A DNA stretch of 64,000 bases from an uncultured virus (IMG/VR IMGVR_UViG_3300025133_000079) (Duplodnaviria; Heunggongvirae; Uroviricota; Caudoviricetes), in the IMG/VR virus record IMGVR_UViG_3300025133_000079; one strand, written 5' to 3'. This document shows positions 47,753 through 59,100 of the stretch, piece by piece. Every line of letters begins with the position of its first letter. Position 1 is the stretch's first letter. Made by a program: the position numbers and the translations under genes. The notes under the pieces are model-generated. The model was not told the DNA's origin. It saw nothing but the letters and a program-made list of their open reading frames with translations, and did no database searches.

Positions 47753-48354
47753 CACTAATGATTAAAGACGAATTCATCTCCTCTGCCAAAGAGGTTCGCA
47801 ACAGAGTCATCTCCGAAGGTTTTAGGGAGGAGGTAGGCCCAGACGGATTCAAGTATTCTGGTATTAACATGGGTGATGACGGTGACCTTAAAGAAAAGAT
47901 AGGAGAGCTGGGGCAAATGCGAGAGGTGGCTCCCAAGGTGTCTTTCTTTCGTCAGGATTTAAGAGGAGAGATGCCGCATAGCTATGTTCACAGTGACGAG
48001 ATATGTGCTGATTGGGCGGGGCTTTTATATCTAAACACAGACGAACAAGCCAAGGGAGGGACAGCCCTTTGGACGCACAAGCACATGAGGTGGGACAGGG
48101 TTTTGTCGGACGAAGAGATAGATGATCTTGGCATCACAAAAGAGGCATACGGCGAGCAGCTAACAGCAGATTGGAAGAAAGAGGAACTCTGGGAAATGTC
48201 AGGGTTCGTGAGCATGAAGTTTAACAGGTTTGTAGTTTATCCAACTAGGTTATTCCACAGCCGTTACCCCCATCAAGGGTTTGGTTCTGGCAGGGAAGAT
48301 GGAAGGCTAGTGTGGGTTTGCTTTTTTAATGGTAAGGCTAACGACTCTGCGTGA
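47749..48354 (+). CDS. DUF6445-like 2OG-Fe(II) oxygenase-fold protein
   Basis: HSD, LLYLN, GGT, FNR.VVY...FHSR, RL..V.F. Confidence 0.7.
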   Translation: MTLMIKDEFISSAKEVRNRVISEGFREEVGPDGFKYSGINMGDDGDLKEKIGELGQMREVAPKVSFFRQDLRGEMPHSYVHSDEICADWAGLLYLNTDEQAKGGTALWTHKHMRWDRVLSDEEIDDLGITKEAYGEQLTADWKKEELWEMSGFVSMKFNRFVVYPTRLFHSRYPHQGFGSGREDGRLVWVCFFNGKANDSA

Positions 48355-48766
48355 TCTCCCTGAAATCATCCCCCTCTATCATAAGTTCTTTGAGGAAGGG
48401 GATCTAGCGGGGAAGCCAAACCCTGACTCGTTTAGGGAGGGAGTGGTGAAGCTGATGGATACGGGGGTAGTCCTCTCTCTTGTGGAAGAAGGGGTTGTTA
48501 GGGGGACAATGGCGGGTGCGATATATGATGACTTCATTACAGGGGATGTCAGTTGCTTTGAAGCGTTCTGGTACGTTGACCCAGCGCATCGAGGCAAGGG
48601 TGGACTCAAGTTGTTTAGTCGCTTTGAACAAGAAGCAAAGTTCAGGGGAGCAAAAAGAATTTGGATGATTCATCTGCTCGCCTTGAATTCAGAGAAAATG
48701 GAGAGATACTACAACAAGTCAGGATACGACCTTAAAGAGAAAGTATATGTAAAGGAATTATTATGA
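48329..48766 (+). CDS. GNAT N-acetyltransferase
   Basis: WYVDPAHRGKGG...Y.K.GY. Confidence 0.85.
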   Translation: MVRLTTLRDLPEIIPLYHKFFEEGDLAGKPNPDSFREGVVKLMDTGVVLSLVEEGVVRGTMAGAIYDDFITGDVSCFEAFWYVDPAHRGKGGLKLFSRFEQEAKFRGAKRIWMIHLLALNSEKMERYYNKSGYDLKEKVYVKELL

Positions 48767-49959
48767 GTGGAGTTTCAGGAGCGATAGTAGGAAGTGCAGT
48801 CCTCGGCGCCGCAGGGTCTGCGTATGCGGGGTCACAGCAGTCGAAGGCCGCAAGTAAAGCGCAGAAGTTAAACAAGGCTGCGATGGACGAGAAGAACCGG
48901 CTCGACTATGAGAGGTTCCTAGAATCCAGAGGGGCATACGGTAGCGCAATCCTGCCATTGTATTTCCGAGAGGGGGCGTATTCCCATCAAGACCTCCGAG
49001 GCATGACCGACTCCCAGCTTATAAACCTAGCTAGGGAAAGCGGCATTAGCGAAATCCCTGGGGGATCGGTCAGGGATGCTCAGGGCGTTGAAACATTTGG
49101 GCCAGATGGAAACCGGGATGTACTGGAGTCTCGTCTGGTTGATTTGGTAACTAAGCCCTTTGAGTCAAGGGCAGCAAAGGAGGCGATGTCCATATTTAAC
49201 ATGGGCAAAACCCCAGAGGAATTAGCCTCAAGATTCGGGGAGGTTCAAGACCAGTTCAGACCGGCGCAAGAAGGTGCTGCAAGAGCTATCACAGAAATCT
49301 ACACAGGCGACAGAGAGAACCAAAGGCTAGGGGACTTCCAAGCTTTAGCAGACGAAAGACACGCAGCAGCTCGACTAGAGAACGAAGCCCTAAAACTAAA
49401 GCAACAACAGCAACTCAATCTGTTTGCAGCCCAGAACCAACGGAAAGGTTATGTCGGCACAGGATTCGGTAATCGGTTGGGACAGCTACAGATTGGTCAA
49501 CAGATTGCAGGGAAAGGTGCGCTGGCTACCGCATTGGCCAACCTAAAGAACGCGCAGGAGAAGTTCCAGATACAAGACCAAGAGAGAGACTTGAGACTAT
49601 CTAATGTAGATCAGGCCAATGCCGGGGCAGCTAGAGCTATGGGGTTTGAAACAGCACCACAGGTGGGAATGACCAAGGCGTTCTCAGATAAGTTTAGTAT
49701 AACCAATCCGTTCAGGCTGGGTGTCGGTCAGGCTCCCGCAACAACTGCTTTTGAAAGCGCACCAATCACACCAACTGGAGCCTACATAGGCAAAGGCATA
49801 GCAGATGCAGCAGGAACAATCGGTCAGGCTTACGCCACGGGTGCGCTGGGCGGTGGTGGAGGTGGAGAGCTTTGGGAGGGAAGAGGCGCAGCACCAGCAG
49901 GAACCACGGCAGGGTTTGACTCAAGCGGACTGCCAGTAAGCATAGCACCAGGCCCATGA
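48763..49959 (+). CDS. Putative internal virion (ejection) protein
   Basis: Gly/Ala hydrophobic N-terminus and Q/A-rich helices; follows the GNAT gene. Confidence 0.6.
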   Translation: MSGVSGAIVGSAVLGAAGSAYAGSQQSKAASKAQKLNKAAMDEKNRLDYERFLESRGAYGSAILPLYFREGAYSHQDLRGMTDSQLINLARESGISEIPGGSVRDAQGVETFGPDGNRDVLESRLVDLVTKPFESRAAKEAMSIFNMGKTPEELASRFGEVQDQFRPAQEGAARAITEIYTGDRENQRLGDFQALADERHAAARLENEALKLKQQQQLNLFAAQNQRKGYVGTGFGNRLGQLQIGQQIAGKGALATALANLKNAQEKFQIQDQERDLRLSNVDQANAGAARAMGFETAPQVGMTKAFSDKFSITNPFRLGVGQAPATTAFESAPITPTGAYIGKGIADAAGTIGQAYATGALGGGGGGELWEGRGAAPAGTTAGFDSSGLPVSIAPGP

Positions 49960-51008
49960 GAAAAGGCGGACAACAGTTAATGGAGATGGGGAAGAGGTTG
50001 CCTAAAACAACCAAGGACTTACCTCCGTATCGTGGTGAGGAACACATTACCTACAACCCAGAACTGGCTGCGTTGGCCGAGGGCAAGGAAGTGTTCGAGG
50101 AAGGGTATGTCTATCCACAGGAGATAGCGTTGCGGCCACCACCACCGCCAACACCCGAACCCTTAAAGCCGCCAGCAATGGAAGAGCCAACCAGATGGCA
50201 AGAGGCAATGGAGTTCGCGTCCAACTTTGAGCCTCCACCTGTAGACCCCAAGCAAGCGCAGATAGATTCTTTAAACGCCAAGATAGATTCCCTTGAGTCT
50301 GTGATGCAGCAAACAATAGGAGTACAACAGGTACGACAGCAGGAGGACGATCTTGTAAGGCAACAGATTCTCGAACAAGCCCCGCCAGCATTTGACCCAG
50401 AAGGAACGGGGTACGATTACGACACGGCAAGGGAGTACGGACTTCTTTCAGACGCAACAGGGCATTGGAGCAGCAGGGTTCCAGAAACAGGGATGCTACT
50501 TAAAGGCACTCAACACCCCAGCTTCCCTCAAACTCTCGAAGCAGAAGCGGCAATAGGCAACGAGGTGGTGCAAGGTGAGGACGGTAGATACTACTCCTAC
50601 CCAAGCGGGACAGATACCACAGGTGAAGTTCCACCACCGCCACCACCACCGCCGCCGCCAGCACCTGTGACAGTTCCTGCCCAAGAACCGGGGTACATGA
50701 AATACACCTACGAGCTTTCGCCAGAGGAAGTGATAGGGCTAGGGGTTAATGTGCCAAACGATAAGTTGTTAATCGCGCCAGAGTTTGAAAACCAAGAGGC
50801 AATGCTTGCAGAGTTGAACGCCTTACTAGCAGACGGGCAGCCGTTACCTCCTGTCGCGTTTGCCGGGGATGAAGCAATCAGGCTCGCTGAGAACCCAAAG
50901 CTACAACGCTGGATCATGTCTCCAGATGACATAAAGGCATACAATTTAGGCATAGTGGACTTGATGCTAGAAGAAGCTCAAAACCAATTGAAGAAAGACG
51001 TTAAGTAA
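49956..51008 (+). CDS. Proline-rich hypothetical virion-region protein
   Basis: Poly-Pro tracts; GYDY..A, GHWSSR..TG..LKG..H block. Confidence 0.6.
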   Translation: MRKGGQQLMEMGKRLPKTTKDLPPYRGEEHITYNPELAALAEGKEVFEEGYVYPQEIALRPPPPPTPEPLKPPAMEEPTRWQEAMEFASNFEPPPVDPKQAQIDSLNAKIDSLESVMQQTIGVQQVRQQEDDLVRQQILEQAPPAFDPEGTGYDYDTAREYGLLSDATGHWSSRVPETGMLLKGTQHPSFPQTLEAEAAIGNEVVQGEDGRYYSYPSGTDTTGEVPPPPPPPPPPAPVTVPAQEPGYMKYTYELSPEEVIGLGVNVPNDKLLIAPEFENQEAMLAELNALLADGQPLPPVAFAGDEAIRLAENPKLQRWIMSPDDIKAYNLGIVDLMLEEAQNQLKKDVK

Positions 51009-53122
51009 TGGCCATACGAGATACTGGATTAGAAGTTTATGAGTCGGCAATGCGCCCTGTTCGCCAGAACATACAGGCCATCTTTGCTCATCAGGCGAAA
51101 CAAAAAGCGGACGCAGAATCCGAGCGTAGACAGTTAGAGCTTGAACAACGCGCCGAGCGCAGACAGATGGAGCTTGAGAGTCGCGCCGAGGAAAGGGTTA
51201 TAAGCACCGAGGCCAGAAGGAAAGCTGAAGAGGATTCAGATGATATGGCCGCAGCGGTAGCAGCAGCAGGAAGGTATGGCCTACCCACAGAAGGAAGAAC
51301 CCCAGAGCAGCTCCAGCAGGATGTTGAGAAGGAAGTGGCCAAGAAAGTACCACGGGATTTCCTAATGGCTAACATGGATGTACTGCCCGGTATCCTTGAC
51401 CAAGAAAAGATTTCAGCCATACAGAACAATGCACTCTCCGAAGGGGAACTGGCGCAGATAAAGGCTAATGTAGAAGGGAGAATAACAGCTAGTCGCACTT
51501 CTGATGCAGAGATGTGGTTAAGGAAGACTCCCCAGCGTTTGGCTGATGTAGAAAACGGAAAGAAGCTGCTTACAAAAATAGCCGAAGACCGCGCTGAAAT
51601 ATATGGTGCGCCACTTGCGGATGCAGCAAGAAGAGCAATTTTAGCAGCCATTCCGCAAGACGGGTCAGTCGGAAATGAGAGTTATATGCTTTACAGAAAA
51701 CGAGCAGCGCAACGAGCCGTTGAAGACTCAGAAATTCAGGATATTTTCTCTAGGCATGATCGTTTAAGAGTGAACTTTGCATCTAACCCAGGTGCGGTCA
51801 TATTAAACGCTGCACCCATTAATTCAAACGGGGACAAACTGGATTCAATGGATGATGAGGACAAGATGCTTTTACTTGAGGCATGGCAACGGGGACAAGC
51901 CAGTCAAGCCGCAGCCACAGCAGACGATCAGGAAAAAGATTACTGGAGAAGAGAGAGCCTCTTAAAGGCAGCGCATGAAGCGCGAAACCCAATGTCACGC
52001 CAGTTAGAATTTTTAAAACAACAGGAATTTAAAATCTACGACAGGCTTCCTGAGCTTTCTGGCTGGAACTCTCAACAGCAGAAGGTAATGCCACCGCCGG
52101 TTAAGGCGACAACGACAGATAGCAGAAGTGATGGGGCTAGTAGTGGGTTTGGTAATGCCATGCAAAGACTGCAAGCGGCCCCTAGCAACAGCACTCCTGC
52201 CGCTGAAGCTGCAACCGCACCGGCAACTGAACTCGTAGCTTCGGAAGAACCAGTAGCTGCGGAAGAGCCTACTGAAGAAGAACCGGCGGCAGCAACTGTC
52301 CCCCCGGCAGCGTCGATTGCGGTTGAAGATTTAGGGCAGGACATGGGTAGTCCGTTTGGCGGTACAAGTGCAAATCTAATAAGTACGCCAGAATTAGCAG
52401 CCCCCAGCTTCTCACCCGCAGCCACAGCGGCTCACCCTCTCTTGTCTCCTTACGCAAAGTCATCAACCAACCTAGCCACTTTACTAGATCAGAAAGCTGC
52501 TGTTGATGCTGAGATTCAAGCAATGAAAGACCTCAAATCAGGGAAAACGAAGGTCCCCAGTTTCTTTGGAATACCACTCCACCACAACCAGATTCCCGTT
52601 GTTAATTGGAACAGGGCAATAAGTGAACGTGATCGATTGCAGCTTCTGATTGATGCCGAAAGGAACGTGCCTGTCCCTGATTTATCTGAAAGAGGAGATG
52701 TTGTCCCCCACCAACCGCCAGCTCCGGATGTAACGCCTTCGCTCCGCACCCCAGAAACGGGGGCAAATGTTGGTTCTAATCTTGGACAGTATGAGCAAGC
52801 TGTTCAGGCGCAAATGGGACAAGCACCTCCACCTTTAGGTCGTTCTATGGCTGGCAATGTTCAGGTTACTGAAGGGGACCCATATGGAGGGTACAGGGAA
52901 CTGTTAAGTGGCCCTCGAATACATGGCACTCCGTTCAGTCGATATGTAGAGAATGTTATAAACAGAATGGGGCCATGGGAAAGATATCAGGCAACCAAAG
53001 CGTTTAACGAAGCAAGGCCGCCCATAGGGAACGAACCTTGGATGCAGGAACACAGAAGGAGTCAACTGCCACCGCCTCAACCTAGAACCCTGCCCACACA
53101 GCCGACATGGCAAACCTATTAG
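51008..53122 (+). CDS. Putative ejection protein
   Basis: 704 aa, helical followed by low-complexity sequence. Confidence 0.55.
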   Translation: MAIRDTGLEVYESAMRPVRQNIQAIFAHQAKQKADAESERRQLELEQRAERRQMELESRAEERVISTEARRKAEEDSDDMAAAVAAAGRYGLPTEGRTPEQLQQDVEKEVAKKVPRDFLMANMDVLPGILDQEKISAIQNNALSEGELAQIKANVEGRITASRTSDAEMWLRKTPQRLADVENGKKLLTKIAEDRAEIYGAPLADAARRAILAAIPQDGSVGNESYMLYRKRAAQRAVEDSEIQDIFSRHDRLRVNFASNPGAVILNAAPINSNGDKLDSMDDEDKMLLLEAWQRGQASQAAATADDQEKDYWRRESLLKAAHEARNPMSRQLEFLKQQEFKIYDRLPELSGWNSQQQKVMPPPVKATTTDSRSDGASSGFGNAMQRLQAAPSNSTPAAEAATAPATELVASEEPVAAEEPTEEEPAAATVPPAASIAVEDLGQDMGSPFGGTSANLISTPELAAPSFSPAATAAHPLLSPYAKSSTNLATLLDQKAAVDAEIQAMKDLKSGKTKVPSFFGIPLHHNQIPVVNWNRAISERDRLQLLIDAERNVPVPDLSERGDVVPHQPPAPDVTPSLRTPETGANVGSNLGQYEQAVQAQMGQAPPPLGRSMAGNVQVTEGDPYGGYRELLSGPRIHGTPFSRYVENVINRMGPWERYQATKAFNEARPPIGNEPWMQEHRRSQLPPPQPRTLPTQPTWQTY

Positions 53123-56100
53123 TACAGTCTTACAGGAAAGATAACCCTGACACAAAGCTGTCGGACGACCAAATCTCCATTCGGTTTGCGGAGGAGAACG
53201 CAGCGCAGTTACAGGAAATCTTTAAAGCTGACCCGTCCTACAAGGCGGACATGAATCGCATATGGGGAGTAACAGAAAATCCTGCTTCCCCTGACTCTGG
53301 CGGCGATGAACCCTCTAGTTGGGATTGGACAAAGCAAGCATATAGCCAGTTTATGAAGGGGCTTGCAGAACAGAACATTGTCACAACTGCTCCAGAAACA
53401 ATCGCAATAGGAACCTCTGCCCTTGGTCATGCGCTTGACCTCCCCGAAGAAGGGTATTGGGCAGCCCCCCGCGATCCGAAAGAAACAGGCACAGGAAAGT
53501 TTGCCGAGTGGATGAAGACAGATGTCCACGAAGCCCTTACCCCTGAGATCACCGAGAAGAGGCAGGGGCAAATGCGTAACGACTTCGCAAGAAGCACGAT
53601 TCCTCATGGGTTGGGGTCGGGAGTTGGGTTTATGGCTGGCGGCGGGGTTATTGGGAAGATACTACAGGGCGGCATCAAGAAACTATCCCAAAAGGTAGGC
53701 GAAGAAACGATTGAGTACGCACAGAAGCAAGCCTTGAAGCGAGGGATGCTGCCAGATGCTGCCCGTAAGTTTGCTGTTGAACAAGGGGAAAAGGCCGCCC
53801 AGAAGACATTCCAAAGAGCTGCATTGAGAAGCAACTTCAAGGTTACAGCGGGACTTGGTGCTGTTGCTAACGGGCCTCAAGGATACAAGGATGCCATTGC
53901 TGAAGGAGCAACACCTGGCGAGGCGTTTACTGCTTGGATGCTGAACATGGGGGTTGGTACTTCCGAGGTGTTCCCAATGCGAAAGTTTATCGGGAGAATT
54001 AGCGGGATAGATAAATACATAGGCAACGGCTTAAAAGAAGCATTAGTAAGCGCAGGGTGGGAAGCAGCAGAAGAGGCAGCTCAAGAGTTCTTTCAAGGAG
54101 CAGCAGGAAACGCAATCGCCAAGTGGATAGTCAAGTACGATCCAGACAGGGAGGTACTTGCAGATTGGAAGGAGAGCGCAGCGGCGGGAGGAACTGTTGG
54201 CGCAATATTAAGTTTGGCTACAAGTGCGGTAGGTGGGCGAATCCGAAACATAACAGGCAAAGATGAAGGGGAAGGGGCAGCACCGGAATCAGAAGAACTT
54301 TTACCTGATACACCCAGCATTGCTGCAAGAGCATACGAGGGAGAAAACAAGGAAGCCATTGTTGCCTTAGCAGAAAGAGAGGCGAAGGAAGGATACACCC
54401 GCGAGGTCGAGGACGAGTATCTAAAGTTGGGTGTGGTGAGTGATATCCTAGCCAAAGAACTTTACGACAAAACAAGGAATCAGGCTTTAGCAAGAAACGC
54501 CGCCGAGGATGCTGTTGCAGAAACGGAAGCACAGATCGACGACATAGCAGCTACTGCGGAGCCTACGGAACAGGAACTGGCACTGCTCGCAGAAGCGGAA
54601 GAAGTGAAAGGCAGCCCCCTGACAAACAGCGAGAAGATTAACATTCTTGCAGGGAATGCGGCAACCACACGCCTTGACGAGGACGAAGATGAGGCGAACA
54701 GGAGGAAGGAGTTCTTTAAGGAAGAGGAACAAAGGGTTGGCCAAAGTGAAGCAGATCAAGAAACGGCCATGCAAGAAGCCTCCGCTGCCGATGGTGATAG
54801 GGTTCAACGGGAACTGGATGATGACATAGAAGCAGCCCAAGAAGGTGAGAGGATTCAACAAGCTCAAAGGGCAGCCACCCAGCAGAAGAACGAAGACTTG
54901 GCGGCATGGAGAGCTGCTCGCACCAAGCAGGAACAACCAGCAACGGAAGAAGAGGCCGCACCTGAAGCCGAAGAAGATTTACAGCAGCAACTACAGGAAG
55001 AGCAGGATGACATAACAGAAGGAACAGAAACCGTTAATGGACAGGAGATTGCCGGGATTGCGGTTGATGCAGTTGACAACGAAGAGACAGGGATTGCTCA
55101 TTCAAATGATATAAGGATTGTAAAATCTAGAATCAAAAAGCTAAAGGAGAGGCTAAAGGGTAAGACCTTAAACGGAAAAGAAATTGGCGAAGACGAAATT
55201 GAACAGCTAGTACCGGGGCTGGGTGATGTAGAGTCAGAAATCGTAGACTATGAAAATTCTGATCTATCCAAGGAGGATGCAAAGGAAAGGCGCGGTGAGA
55301 TCAAGGAGAAATGGCAATCCTTGTACGGCACAGAGTACTCCTTGGAAACAGATGAGTCCCTAGAGAAAGCCATAACGCCCAAGGCAAAGGTAAAAGGCGA
55401 GCTTCCTGATCGTGCTAAACTTGCAGACAATTACCCTAAGAAATTAAGCAATTTTACAGATACGGTCTGGCATGAGACAAGTTTGGAAGAGGCGCAAGAT
55501 TTCATTGGTATGCGTCAAACACAAATGGCTGGTGATGTTTACCTTTCTAACAACAAAGACCTTGCTTTAGGGCAAACCGGCCAAGGCGTTCTCCTAGAGT
55601 TTGATGCATCTGGAATTAAGGGTCGAGTCAACAGGAGTAAGCCAAATTGGGGCTTTTCGTGGGATAGTGGTAACGCTGAGTTTGTGGCAAATGAAAACCA
55701 CAACAAACAAAAAGATTGGGTTAGTAATTTAAAAAGTATAACCATCAAACCTGATGTAACTTTTAGACCATATCAACAGGACATTCTTAACAGAATAACA
55801 AAAGGCTGGGATAATGTTTCCAATAAGGACGGAAGCCAAACCTTTACAAAGCCCAAGGCAAAGGCCAAAGAAGAAATTGTCCTAGAGCCGGGAACATCCA
55901 ATGCAACAGAGGCATTCGAGGAAGGGCAGCAAGCGGCTCGCAAACAAGCGCAAGCCAAGGTGGACAAGGGGAACATAGGTGAAACCTCTCAAGTCATAGA
56001 GGGGGTTAGGGAAAGAACAGACGGCCCTATTAATACTGATGATGTCAATTTAGGGGTAGAGTCGGGAGGAGGTTTCTTCACACAAAACGACAACACTTCA

Positions 56101-59100
56101 CAAGGGCGAAGGCTGACCGCAGAGGTAGACGCATACAACACAATCTCAAACATTAAGGGAACCACACTAGCTGAACTTAAAAAAGAAGGGATAGTAAGCG
56201 GACGCAGCAGTGGAATAGGTTACGCAACAAGCGGGAAAGGGAAAAATGTTGTCTATCACATAACAAAAGATGCCGTTTATCTTGGTGAAGGAGGGAAGAC
56301 AGTCGAAGAGGCTATCTCAAATGCAAAGAAAAGGTCTGCTGAAAGAGTAGGGGTTGTCCTAGCAGAAGGAGGAACTGTTAGCGCAGCGGGATCAGGCGGA
56401 AAGGTCACCACTCGCGTTGCCGTACTCCAAAGCCCAACCGGGGAAGTCGTAGCACTCGGCATACACACGACACAAAACGACAAACCTATGGTCAAGAACC
56501 TGAAGGGGACAACCGCAAAGTCCATGCCCCTTTCAGAGCTGATAACAAAACATGGGTACATCCCTGTCGGCTCAATTAGAACAGTTGCCGGCACAAAAGG
56601 ATTCGCGGAGGTTTACGAGAGCCGCAAAGATTTCGACGAGAAAATAGGCGACAACATTCTGGCACTACAAAAAGCTGAAGCCCAAGTCGGCCCGTTGGCA
56701 GAGGGTGTGCAGGAGGCTAAAACGAATGAGAAAGTTCCGCTTAAAGAAGGCGACCAGCCTGTTCCGCCTATTGTCCGCAACGCACCTCGCCGCGCACCCC
56801 GCCCAAGCCAAGAGAAAGTAAACACGGCGTTCTCCAACATAGTAGACGCTGCTCGAACGGCAGGAGTAGACATTAAGATTGTTAAGGGTGAGTTTGCGAA
56901 TGTTGAGAAGAAGGCAACCGCTTACATGACGCTCGAAGACGGGCGGGTAGTGGCAACACTTGCAATGGAGTCTGTCAACAATCCTACACAGAACAACACG
57001 CTGGATCTACTCCATGAGATTAACCATGTGGTGTTCGACCAACTAGACCCTGCCGTCCAAGAGGCACTCGATAACGCAATTGAATCGGTGAGCGACGAAG
57101 CCCTTGGCATTGAAGGTTCTGCTTTCATGTTCGACAGCTCGTTTACGGATGAAGTGCCGAACGAACTTGTACAGGAAGAAAGACTTGTTGAGGCAGTAGC
57201 TAGGAAGATGGAGGCCGCAGGGTTTGATCCTGAAAGTTCAAGGGGGCTGATTGGAAGTCTCGTCAGGGTGTGGAAGAACATTTCATTTGCCGCAAGGATG
57301 GCATGGCAGAAGATGCTGCACGGGCCAACGGCTATCAGCCCAACGATGGCGCAGGAATTTTTCACACTACAGGTAGAGGCGTTCCTTACGGGCAACTCCG
57401 TCCCAAGGTTTATCAACTATGTGGTTAACCCCAACACCACACTTCTTGAGGACGTAATGCGCTTTACTGGCGACCCCTCCAATGTGTTTATCTCACGCAA
57501 AGGTGTGGTCGAAGTGGAGCCTGTTGCACCTGAAACCGTGGAGGGTGTGCGCTTCAACATGAAGTATGCCGGTATTACCAGATACAGCCCAGGTGGAACC
57601 GAAAGGACAAACGTCCAGCAGTCGAGAAGAAATGCCGCAACAAACAACGCCGTGCTGCAATCGCTTCGCAATGCCTATGCCGCCTTCACGGCCAGCGGTG
57701 CAAACAGAACTCCAGAGGGGGGGCTGATGATTGCAGAGGATGCGTTCATTGCAAAAATGCTGGGCAAGCGCGGTCCAGTAGAAATTCTGGAGGAGATCGA
57801 ATCGGAAACAAACCCTGAAGTTGCTGCCACTAGGCTGGAAGATTTAGACGAGATAGAGGATCGCCCAAGGGCAGCGCTAGATGCTGATAAGTTCCTCACG
57901 CGAGTCTATGAGAAGCTCAAGGGCATATCCGACAAAGCCTACGACAAGCTAAACCGCGACAACAAGAACTCACTGTCAGCTCAAAGGTCAAAGGTTTATA
58001 TCGCACTTGACGAATTGAGAAGGGAGTACCTTGACCTTTCCCGCACAAGCACAAAGCTACTTGAAGGGTATCAGGCAAACCTCGATGCCTTTAATAGCAA
58101 CAGGAAGGAATCGCGTAACAAAATCAGGCAAGTTCTGGTCAGCATTGATAAAGATTTAGCCACCAACAAGATTGCTGCTTCGGAGTTTCAAAAACAACCC
58201 ACACCAGAAGAGCTGGATTTATTCTTCAGGATGGTCGAAGCGGGAGTGGACTTCACAGAGTCTTGGGCAAACATACAAAAGAAAGTACAGCACCTAGCTA
58301 CCAAGTACTCCCCAATGGAAGGAACATCCCCGGCTGCTATCAGGAGCAAAATCATTCTTGCCAAGTTCATGTTGATGGCGGCGGAAAATCCTGTTGCCGT
58401 GGAGATGCTTACTCTGCGCGGGGAGAACCCAGCCCACAGGAAGAAGTTTGATAGCGTCCTGCGCTTGGCACTCAAGAATGACCGAGATGCCGTGAAGAGA
58501 GCTTTCAGGGCATTCAAGGTTGAGTTCAAAGAGGAGGGCAAGGTCAAGTCGGGGGACTTTGCTCGCTTCAGCAGGAAAATAGAAAAACTCCTGAACAAGA
58601 TAGAGGAATACAAGGGCAGATACAGCCACATCGATCAGGAGATAAATCAAGCACGGCGGGACGTTGCCATGTTCGATGCTACACGGAATGCCTTTGCTGA
58701 AGAGAGAGCAACTATAGAAACCTTGTACGACAAGGAAGACGCAATCAGCGGGTTGCAATGGGAGCCTATACATGAAGCAACCTACATGGTTCCAGCAAGC
58801 CCAGTTCAAGGTCTGGAAGATGTTAGGACAAACCCAGCAACACTAGACCTGTCCAAGAAGGTTGACCTTGCACAGATTGAAAAGCACATCAATGCCATGA
58901 CCGCATGGTTAAGCAACCAACCCGTTAACAAGCGGGGCGCAGTATGGAAAACGATGAAGAGGCAGCGTGACAAGCTCATAACTATTCCTGCCGACCAGAC
59001 ACAGCGAGAGGTTAACACTAACTGGATATTAAAAACGCTCGGAGACTACGCCACAAAGCTGGATCTAATCGGGTCACCTCAAGCCAGGAAAATTCAGCAA

